DNA of 64,000 nt from Euglena gracilis (taxonomy: Eukaryota), in the NCBI GenBank assembly GCA_039621445.1, contig CP154954.1:34891703-34955702 (forward strand). The letters are read 5' to 3'. The notes beneath the pieces are model-generated. The model was not told where the DNA came from, ran no database searches, and was given only the letters and a program-made list of their open reading frames with translations. This document shows, one piece after another, positions 48,615 to 59,671 of this stretch. Positions within the stretch are counted from its first letter, which is position 1. Every line of letters starts with the position of its first letter. A program made the translations under genes and the position numbers.

Positions 48615-49780
48615 AGCCTTCCTCCAATGGCAAAAGCCAGTAATTATTCATGCGAGAACAATAAACACCGTAATCCTTGCAGCTTAAAAAAAATGTGTGC
48701 AGTTCGAGTCAGTTTCGGGGGGAACTTCGTTTTTCGAGTGTCCCACTATTTAGTTCCGGTGGACTGTCCCACTATTTAGTTCTCCTACTGTAACCTCACC
48801 CATATCGTAACCAGTGAGGTGAAATGTGTTTCGCATTTTTTTGCGCATTTTTTTTTCAAATCTTCGAAAAATGCACATTTTGTTGTCCATTATTTTCGCT
48901 TTTTTCCGCGAATTTTTTGAGGCAATTTTTGAGCCGTTTTGTGAGCAACTTTTTTCTGCGCATTTTTCGCGATTCCCCCAAAGGAATTTTCGCATTTTTT
49001 TGACACTCTTGCATTTTTGGCATTTTTTGGTTTTTCAATTTTTTTTGAAACTGACATTTTCTGTAAAATTCCATATTTCTGCAAATTTACCATGCCCCCC
49101 CGAGCCAACATTCCCACAGGGGGGCAGGGATAACACCACTCCCATAAAAAAAGACATTCAGAAGATCATGTCCAGTACAGAAAAACGAAAGACAACACTG
49201 CCAAACCTTTTTTTGAATGACAAAGATCCTCAATCAAAAGCTCTTTTCATCAGACGTACTCTTATTTCCTTTCACTGGGAAATCCCAATTTTCACAATTC
49301 TTGTACCCCCCTGGACCCCCCAGGTCGTCGACTTGAAGAGGAAAATCGTTTCTGCATGGTTCATCATGCTTCTTAAACCAAACTGGACCCAAAATCACCG
49401 CAAATTTCGACTCAGATTCTGGCCGATCCGACGATCGCGAGCGTATCTCTGGCTGCATGCAACGTTAGGGTACCAAGTTACCCCTCGATTGAAAGCTCCT
49501 TTCAACAGACAACCAGCGGTGATTTTTTCACGCATTTCCACTCTATTTCCAAAACAGGGCCAATTTCCCCCAAATTTCTCTTCAAATTGACCACTTGAAG
49601 GTTCCAGGGGGGTGCCAAAATTGCGGGTTTAGGATTTCTCTTGGACACAAAATAAGATTACCGAGCAGCGTGGCTGAGTTTGGTGGTCATCACTGGTCGT
49701 CTGATGAAAAGAGGTTTTGATCGAGGTTTGAGTTTGCACCTGAATGGATAGAGCCAGAGACACATTCACGACCGTCGGAA

Positions 49781-49957
49781 TTACCCCCCCCCTTATTGTC
49801 CCACCGAACTGCCCCCAGGGCCCGATCAGACAATGAGGGGGGGGGGGGGATAAGACCGTACCAAAGGAATTTCATTGGCCGGGCCAAAAAACCACCTGTC
49901 GTCCGGGGCCCAGGGACAACAAGGGGGGGGCGGGGACAATAAGAGGGGGGGGTGGTA
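49781..49957. mobile_element. Small MITE
   Basis: TIR TTACC(C)nTTATTGTCCC / GGGACAATAAGAG(G)nTGGTAA. Confidence 0.55.
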
Positions 49958-50007
49958 AAGCAGCGGTAGAAAAGTAGCAGAAAAGGGTCACAGATTAGTC
50001 CTGGGAG

Positions 50008-50501
50008 CAGGGAATTTCTTAAGGACCCCGGGGGGGGGGGGTCCAGCCTCCGGCTGGCAAAAAGGCTGCTGGCTGGATTTGAGATGCTGGCTGACCCCCC
50101 CCCCCTAGGGGGGGGGGGGGGGGGGGGGTGCGGGGCTGGAGGGGGCTGGGCTGGGCTGGGTCGGTGAAAAACAAAATTTTCTGAAACATTTTTGGCATTT
50201 TCGACATTTTGGTGGATGGAGCTAGATCAAGGCGGGGGGCTGTGATGGAGGAAGCTGTGGTGAGGGGGAAAATGCAGGGATAGGTGAGCTGGGCAGCCCA
50301 GTTGGCTGGCCAGCCTGCGGCCGGCTGGCCCGGCCTTCGGCCGGCTGGCCCGGCCGGGCTGGACCCGACTTTATTTCAGTCGACCCCCGGGGGGGAGGGG
50401 GCTCCCAGCCCGAGTTTGGGCTGCTGGCTGGATTTGAGCTGGCTGGCTGGCTGGACCCTCCCCCGGGGGGTAGGGTACCCTCCGGCTTAAGAAATTCCCT
50501 G
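50008..50501. mobile_element. hAT-like MITE
   Basis: Perfect 16-bp TIR CAGGGAATTTCTTAAG with an 8-bp TSD CCTGGGAG. Confidence 0.88.
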
Positions 50502-50812
50502 CCTGGGAGTGTCCTTTGACCGAAAGTTTGGTAACGCCGGTTCTGTCGTGAACCCAGCGGGCTTGAAAATCCCGGTTTACAGCTAACTGCCTACTTTGGC
50601 GCCGTGGCCAAAACCATGGCCCGTGGCGGCCAGTAATTTGGCCTAGATTGCCAAACCCCAGGCATTCTGGCTCGTGGTGGCCAGAACTTTGGCACCGAGT
50701 GGCCGGTACAAGCTTCAGGAGGCTCTGGGCAGTATACGCTGCAATATCCTTCTAAGTTTTTTCCTTTGCTTACCTTTTTAGGTTTGCTTGTGTTTTTTCT
50801 GCAAATATAAAT

Positions 50813-53800
50813 ATGCAGAGCTCAAGCACCAACACACTCACTGACTACCAAGAATTGATTGGTTCTTTGAGAAGCACTTCACATGAATTGTCAGAAGAGG
50901 AGTATATGCTCCAATCAAGGTATACCCCCAGCTCTATTGAGCATCCCCCCACACAAGTCCTCAGCTCTATTGAGCATCCCCCCACACAAATCCGCGGCTC
51001 TATTGAGCATCCCCCCAACCAAATCCCCAGCTCTATTGAGCATCCCCCCACCCAAATCCCCAGCTCCATTGAGCATCCCCCCACCCAAATTAACAGCTCT
51101 ATTGAGCACCCCCCCACCCAATTGTCCAGCTCTATCGAGCATTCCCAACCCCAACAGGGTGCAAACCTAATGGTGCCTCATCCCCCCGCCCAATGGGCTC
51201 CCCCACACCTATCGGTGTCCAGCAGCTCTATCGAGCTGCCCATAGGCCAACAGGCTCAACCACTTTTGGTGGAAAGCCGATTGGCTGACAGTTTTACCAC
51301 CCAGCGAGATATCGAACCAATGCCGATAGGCACATTTGATTCTGAGGCGGTTGCGCCACATCCACTTTTTGTTGAGGTTGGGTTAGAAATACCAAATTTT
51401 TCCCCGCCCCCCCATGTGCTCCCATGTTCAAGACAATTTATCACACTGCAGCAGTTTTCCACCCTTGCAACTGATTTCCAGAAAGCGCAACAGCGCATTC
51501 TCCAATTGAGCGGTGATTCCGCGAATTTTGCACAAGTTTCTGCCCAAGCACATGAAAGTTTTGCAACCCGCACTTATGTGCAACAATTGGAGGCCAGACT
51601 TTCTCAATTGGAGCAGAAATCTCGTCATCCTGCTGAATTTACTGCTGAAATTGCAAGTTTTCACACCCAAATCGCAAATATTGCGAGTAGGTTTGAGAAT
51701 TTGCAACAACAGCGGCAAAGTGACATGGTAGAAATTGAAGCCGCTTTGGCTAAGTTTCATGCCCGCTGTGCGGAAACAAGTGGCAAAATTACGGATGTAA
51801 CCGTAATTCAAAACGCGATAGCGGATTTGCAGATGTACATGCAAGAATTAAGCACAAAATTGCTTCAGGTGCAATCACCAACCCCGAACGCAGTGCCGTC
51901 GACCACACCCATACCCACACTCACATCCCTACACTTGAAGCAGTTTTGCGCTGAAATGCGCGCGGAAAATCACGAAATTATGCAAGGATTTTGTGATAAT
52001 CTCATGAACACCGAGAAAACTGTGAAGCAGGATGTCACAAAACTGCAAAATGACATTATCGCGCTATCCGCGCAAGTTTCGGTCTTGATGGAACAGCCAA
52101 AGGCTGAAATAGTCAAAAGTCCGAGATCATTTCCAGTGCGATACGCACTTTAGAAGTACGAGTTCAAGAATTGGACACTGTTTTTGGTGCAATTTCGCAG
52201 GATTTCCTGTTGATTTCTGACAAAATCCCTCTTCTGGACGATATGTCCAAACACCGCTGGCATATTAAGCGTTTGCAGGAAGATATTGGTACAATCACTG
52301 ATCGTCTGAAAATTCTCGATGATTTGGAGAAAAATTTTCGTGACTTTACAGAAAATTTGGATCAAGTACACACACAATTGCGTTTTTTACAACAAAAACC
52401 CGATATGGGTGTTGTAGGCACACTTGCCGCAGATTCCAGCTTCAAAAGCGCTAATAGCACACCTGTGGCAGAGCCTGTTGGCACATTGCCACAAAATTAC
52501 GATTCTGCTCATGCAGTGGTCCCTCCCCCAGCGGTACCAGTCCCAATGGACAATTTTTTGGATGATGGGGTTGGTTTTCAAGATAAAGCCAAGCGAAACC
52601 CTCAAAGAAGTCGAAATTTTTGGGAATATGAACTTTGTCGCGGTATGAGCCGCACTCCCGCACATGGTACTGATCCTGAGATGCATCAGTATCACCATTC
52701 GCGCATTCGCGATTCACCATGTTTGCAAGGTACCTATGGTACACCAAGTGGAATAGTGAATGCGCACTCCCAAAATACACCCAAAAGTACACATGGTGCA
52801 ACCACCGAGGTACCCGCGCATGGTGCGGTTTTGCGCCCAGGCCCAACCTCCTTGAATACCACCGAAGGGCCATGGGAGTCTCAGAAAGATATAAAAGGAA
52901 TCATCGCTATCGCGAAAAAGGTAAAGCCCCAATGGGACGGTGACCCAACAACATGGAAACAGTTTTTCCGTGATTGGGAATATTATTGGGATCTGAAAGG
53001 ATCAACCCACAACGGAAACCCGGAGGTGATCAAAATCGAATTCATAGATTGTCTACCAAAGGACGAAAAGGAACGCGCCAGACAATTGGTCATACGCGGG
53101 CGCATTTCTTTTCAGGATTTGGTTGAGCAATATGCTTCATCATGTTCCAGTTTAGTTTCCAGAATCACTCTGGACAAAAAATGGCGGCAATATGCCCCCC
53201 ATGACCGAAAATGGAGGTCGATAGACCTATGGTACTCAAAATGGGTTTCTTTGGCAGCCGAAGTAGACGAGTTAGGCGAAAACCAAATGAAAGAGCAATT
53301 TGACGCAGTATTACTGCACTTTATACCCAAACTCATCAAAGAAATTCACCGCGAGGAACTCGCAGGACATATTTTGACGCTCGATGAGCGATGGAACTAT
53401 GTTTCCAAACAGTTGAATCTATCACTTTTGGGACAAATCCAGTCGGCTTATACGAGCCACCCCACAGCAGGAATACCCGCTATACAAGTCAGTTCCGTGA
53501 AAAAAGTGTCACGCTTATCACATACCGCTATGGCGGAATCCAAATAGCGCAATTCGCGCTCTTCAGAAGAATTTTCAGACAAATTGTGCTTTTTGTGTAA
53601 CAAAAATGGTCATATATCTTGCCATTGTCCAAATCCCGCAGTGCAAAAGCGCAACACAATCCCAAGAGGATCAGCCTCACCATGCAGTTCTCGTTTTTCA
53701 CAAAATGCGCATTCGCAAAATTCAAAATATCAATCACGGTCCACATGTTCACCGTGCGGATCCACCAACCACCCCTCACCCAAATGTCGCTATGCGACCC

Positions 53801-54048
53801 CTCCCCACCCAAGCCAGAGTCATCGCGATATGAGTCGCAGTTCAAAAGATCATACTTCAGCGAAAAGGCATGAGGCAGGTCAAAGAACAACCTCAATCGA
53901 GGATTATCACCCGGCTTCGGGCAGGGAGGGGGATGATACCCCACGTAACCAAAGGGATCATCCCTGCTTTAGCGCTCATAAATTCAGAGACGTATATGCG
54001 GCAAGAAAGTCAATGGCTGATATGGCCATTGGTTCGGATTTTGAGTAA
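50813..54048 (+). pseudogene. Long Gag-like ORF of another retroelement (frameshifted; no pol visible downstream)
   Basis: About 7 SSIEHPPTQI repeats, a coiled coil, a capsid-like KPQWDGDPTTWKQFFRDWEYYW..FIDCLP, and CCHC knuckles CFLCNKNGHISCHC and CSPCGSTNHPSPKC. Frameshifts near 52115 and ~53400-53550. Confidence 0.75.
50929..51150 (+). repeat. 33-bp coding tandem repeat (~7 copies)
   Basis: CAGCTCTATTGAGCATCCCCCCACCCAAATCCC units. Confidence 0.9.
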
Positions 54049-57000
54049 AGACACGCGAAACCCAGGAATGCGGACTACAGAGGCTACTAGAAAGGAGGTG
54101 ACAGGAGTCATGACCCTAGTCATCCCCTGCCCAGTACCCTCTCTGGTCATTGTTCCAGGATTTTTCCGGTGTCCCCGCTCAAAATCCTGCCAAACGTTTG
54201 ACATATAGACAGTTTTGTGTTTCCGGTTGTGGTGTATCATGGGATACCCCATGAATGTCCATGTGGTTGAGTGGATTCCCGCTCCAAGAATGCACACAAC
54301 ACCGCAAAATTCTTTCCCCCCCAAAACTTCCTCTAATCATCACTTTTACATACCGTTTTCGATGACAGCAACACCGTTTTCAACAACACCAACACCGTTT
54401 TCAACCCGGGGTAAAGATGAAGTGCCCCCCCTACCCACCGCATACTCACAAACGTTCCACATGCGGTCGGGGTAACAAGTAGCTTAACCCCCCATCGTTT
54501 CACTGGGTTCCAAGACGAAAGCCCTAAGGCCCGAAATTGGAATGGTGTCGAGTATTCGCCCAGCTGCTTTCATTTTTCGTTTACCACCAGGTTTGTCGAT
54601 TGCAGACAATCCAGTACACCCCCCGCAGCTCAAATTCGCATACAATTTTTCTTACACACTCCACCACCTCCAGACCAACATGCGCGACAAGGACCACTAC
54701 TCAGCACCTCCCCCCAAGGTGTGCACTCTAGGAGAAATTTCCACACAACCAACAACCAAACACAAAAGGAAATAACCGAAACCAAACTAACCACCACCCC
54801 CGCGCCTATGGCGTCCTCCAGTCAAGCGCCTATGGCGCCACCCACCCTCGCGCATAGTGCAAATCTTGCGCATAATGCCCCCCCCCCACCCGCGCTATAA
54901 GGCGCCCCCAACCACCGCGCCTATGTCGCTCAAAACCCGCGCATATTGCGCTCCCCACGCGCATAGCGCTCATCGCGTGCATATTGTTTTGCACACCGCG
55001 CATAGCGCACACCTCCCCACTGCGCATATTGCGCAGCCCGCAAACAGCCCCACCCCCCACAAGATGCGCCCGCCCGCCCCCCACCCGTGCATAGCGCAAA
55101 TCTTGCACAACTGCATATATCTTACAAATGGGTATCTGCCCAACCCAACCATATTCTTTTGGGAATAAATCCCAAAGATGTTTGTATACATATTTCACAA
55201 TGGCATTTTTGTTGCTGATTTGCAAACCACATGCTCAAAATGCAGATTTGGTTTACTTCAGCAACAAAAGTAGCCCCCCTCCTCTTTGACCACGAACTTG
55301 TTGGTCAAATTGGCGAACACCAAAGGTGTTTTGATCATTCAAGCGCACAATTGCGCCCACTTCAAAGTTTTTTTTGCAAAAACACAAGGTGTGTGATAAG
55401 TTTTTGGGATACATTGGAAATACTGCATTTTTCACATGAACTTGCACAGCTTTGTGAAGAACAGCTACTTTGTAAACAAAATGTCCTTTTTCTTATTGCA
55501 GAAGTGAATCCCGATAGGGAAATAAGTTGAATTCCTTGATGGAATCTGCAACGTAGTTGCCCCCCCCCCAAAAAAAAAGAAGAAAATTCATTCAAACATG
55601 CATTTTTGTGGAATTGACCACTTAGCCTTAGGTCTATGTGACCAATACACCCCATGATGTGCAAGGCCTATGGGCCATTACCCATGTGGTCCATGGGTCC
55701 ATGGGACCAATTTGCACAAAATGCAAGGACCAAAAGGACCAAAGGCCCACAAATCCATATTATAAAGTGAAAACTCCATAGGACCTCAAAAAATGGCACA
55801 AAATGCCATATTACATTGCTGAAAGTGGCTGAATTGGCCAAAACAAGCCAAATAGGCTAGTTTTATGCAGACTTGCATAAGTGTCACTTTGGCATAGCCT
55901 CAAAACCACCACAAAAGCTTCAAAATTTCTGGCACCTCGTCCCATGAGGTTTTGACTGTATGTAGTAGTGCGTATGATATAGAAACCAAAAGTTGTCTTT
56001 GTAGAATAAATTATGGGAGCTTATAGCAAAAGCTCACTCACACAGGCAAAAGATCAAAGACTTATCTCAGCGCCTGTAGCTGGTCGATAGGCCATGTTAC
56101 CCCTCATTCGAAAGCTCGTTCGATGAGCCGTCCAGCGGTGCAAACAAATTGAAGCAGATCTTGTACGATCGTGTACCAGACTGGCAAATCAGCCTTGAAG
56201 GCTTCTATACTGTTCCCTACATCGTTTCTGATGGCTAATTACCATTGGCTACCAGATTGGCTAATGGCCATTTTTTTTAATACCTTTGGCAGCATTCTGC
56301 CCATTACCCACTCTGTATGGGCTATTAGGCCTGGTACAGTTCAGAGCGCTATAGCCCACAATTTGGAGTCATTTCGACTCACTAGAACCATTTTTAGGAG
56401 CACTTATGTTCAAATTTTCATTTAAATCATTGACTTTCTGCAATTTTTGGTGATTTTTCCCTATTCTGGCACTCATATCCCAAATGGGAGTGATCTTGAG
56501 GCGTTATGCCCGAATTGAATGCAAAGGGATATGCTGATAATGGCAATTTTTCCTTTGCTCAAGATGTCATAGACATGTTTTACTTGTGTTTTCAAGCGTA
56601 TTTCTGCTTTTTTTGCAATATGTTTGCACAATTTTACAGCTTTTGGGGTGATGTGGTGTTATTAGACACCCAAAACCCAAAATCTGTAAAAACAACAGCA
56701 AACATGCAGTGTTATTGGACACTCTCAACAACACTATGTGCACTTGGCAAATTTGCAGTCTTAAATGACTCAAAATGCAACAAAGTTGCACTTTTGGTTG
56801 CAAAAATGCAACTCTCGACGAAGAATCTGCATTTCTGCCCTAAATCCTGATAGGGATTTCCCTAAAAATCTGACAAAAGTCAGTATTTCTCAGTGGCATA
56901 GTCACAAATGATGAGATTTTATCATATTTGCAGTATTTTTTTCTGCTTACCACACTAACGGCATTCTTGCCACACACCCCCCTCACTTTATTCCGTGGGA

Positions 57001-58234
57001 CCCCCTTACCGATATAATGCGGACCCCGCCCCACTTTATTCAGTGGGACCCCCTTAACGATATAATTCGGAGGACCCAATGGTCATCATGCAACACCAAT
57101 GGTGTCATTCAGCAAGGTTTATAAGAACCATAGCTCAAAAATGGTGAAATCCAGCTTTTTGTGATGAATTTCACCGCACTGGAACAATGTTCCATTCTTT
57201 TATGTGCATTCACAGTTCATTTGCGGTTTTTCAAAGTGGTATAAGCCACACCAACCACAGTTGTTCTGTGAATTGGCAGCAGCCTGCCACAATTCCGCAT
57301 TTTTTTCTGCGGTTGTACACCTCAATATGATCTTTTTGGCAGTATGCCGAATTTTTTTGATACGGGTATACACCCAGTAGTATTTTTGTGCCATGCATAT
57401 TCCGCAAGGCAATGTTTCTGGGCGATAAAGCCTACCCCCCCATTATTTTTGGCGAATGCCAACCCTTCAACCTACAGGCTGCACACCAAAGGCACAAATG
57501 CCAAATCTACAGTTTTCAGGGCTACTGCCCGCTATTCTGAGGTATACGCCTCTGGGGATACCCCATCGACAACACCGTGCTCGCGCTGCACTGTGAAGAC
57601 TTCACAGCGGTATATGCCGCCAGTAAGAAGACGCACAGCGTACAGCGCGCACACCGCAATAATAGCCCCAACTTGTTACTTTTCGGCCTTAAGGCCCCCA
57701 TAAGACTGCCAGACAGCAAAAATTCTTTGTAAGGTCTTTAGACCAACCCCCACTCCTCTCCTCTTTCCCCCCCCGGGCAAAATCGCTGTCGCCGGCAGTT
57801 GGTTTTGTAAATAGGTCTTTCTCCCTGGTCAGATATGACTGGCCAGGTGCCCCCTCCTTCCACACCCTACCCTTCAATATTTTCCGATTATGGAATGAGA
57901 CCTCCCCGCGTGTCATAGACACACCCCAAACCGGGTGGACGGGACTTTCTGGAATGAAAACCTTCCAGCCGCACTTTCTAAGCGGGCTCTTCCACTTCCA
58001 CCCCTTTACCGCAATAAGTAGGTAGCCGCATAAGCGGGTAACCTCTTTTGCGCGTTTTGGGTTTTTTGGGTTCCCCTCTCTTCCTTCCTTCCCTTTCTGG
58101 TTTTTTACCTTGTGATGGAGAAGCAGACCCAAGATATGCTTTCCTGGTGTACATTCCTCAGTCTTAGAGCTATGCTTGAATCCTTGCTGGCCTGGTCCAG
58201 TAAGGAAATCGGGCAAAGCCCTGGGAGGGGGATG

Positions 58235-58663
58235 TGTACCAGGCAGCATGAACATGGCACTGTGCATAGCAGCAATCTGCAGAATGTACAGTGGCATGCC
58301 AGATAGTATCATTCCAGGTTCTGCAATACAAATTGCAGAATTAGGAATGGCCTATCCTATTTCGGATCTGCCTTCTCTTTTCACAGGTGGTATTATTTTA
58401 TTCCATTCTGGTCTTTGATTCAAGACTTGAGTTTCAAGTTTGATTTTTCTGATTTAAAGTCCTGAAAGGACAGCCAAGAACTTGGCATCGATTTCCCTAG
58501 CCCATAGGGCTCCTCCACCTGCCTTGTGCTCTGCATAAGCCCAAAGGCAATAAAAACTAATAGTTAAGTAAAAGATTTTCTTTTTGTTACTCTCCTGGTT
58601 CTGTTCCCACGGGAGGGTGTAAGTAGGCCGACAGGCAGTGGGAATAGAGTCAGGGGACGTACA
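58235..58663 (+). mobile_element. Putative 3' LTR of a third family abutting the satellite
   Basis: PPT-like GGGAGGGGGA just upstream, TGTAC...GTACA inverted termini and an internal AATAAA. No second copy in the window. Confidence 0.45.
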
Positions 58664-59671
58664 CTTTACTCCGAGTAACCGAATGGGTGTTCCAGGAGGC
58701 CTCCAAAGTCAGAGGGCCCGTTGGTTTCATGATTGTCGTGGTTTAATGGTAAGAGAAACATGCAGCTGGAATGTTGGTTGCAAGAAATGAGCACATTTAA
58801 ATGGGTGCATTCGACCACTTCGGGGGACTTTTAACAGGTCAGCCCAGGTTACCGTGTAAAAATGGACCAAATTGGGCCTTACTCCGAGCATCCGAATGGG
58901 TGTTCCAGGAGGCCTCCAAAGTCAGGGGACCCGTTGGTTTCATGATTGTCGTGGTTTAATGGTAAGAAAAACATGCGGCGGGAATGTTGGTTGCAAGAAA
59001 TGAGCACATTTAGATGGGTGCATTCGACCATTTCGGGGGACGTTTACCAGGTCAGCCCAGGTTACCGTGTAAAAATGGACCAAATTGGGCCTTACTCCGA
59101 GCAACCGAATGGGTGTTCCAGGAGGCCTCCAAAGTCCAGGGACCCGGTGGTTTCATGACTGTCGTGGTTTCATGGTAAGAGAGACATGCAGCGGGAATGT
59201 TGGTTGCAAGAAATGAGCACATTTAGATGGGTGCATTCGACCATTCCGGGGGACCTTTACCAGGTCAGCCCAGGTTACCGTGTAAAAATGGACCAAATTG
59301 GGCCTTACTCCGAGTAACCAAATGGGTGTTCCAGGAGGCCTCCAAAGTCAGGGGACCCGTTGTTTTCATGGTTGTCGTGGTTTAATGGTAAGAAAAACGT
59401 GCAGCAGGAATGTTGGTTGCAAGAAATGAGCACGTTTAGATGGGTGCATTCGACCATTCCGGGGGACGTTTACCAGGTCAGCCCAGGTTACCATGTAAAA
59501 ATGGACCAAATTGGGCCTTACTCCGAGTAACTGAATGGGTGTTCCAGAAGGCCTCCAAAGTCAGGGGACCCGTTGGTTTCATGATTGTCGTGGTTTAATG
59601 GTAAGAAAAACATGCAACGGGAATGTTGGTTGCAAGAAATGAGCACATTTAGATGGGTGCATTCGACCATT
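58664..59671 (+). repeat. ~213-bp satellite, array 3 (forward part)
   Basis: About 4.7 monomers in the same orientation as arrays 1 and 2. Confidence 0.95.

Noticed and set aside
55200-57700. Possible genes in the AT-rich stretch
   Set aside because: Only short ORFs with no recognisable motifs or consistent exon structure.
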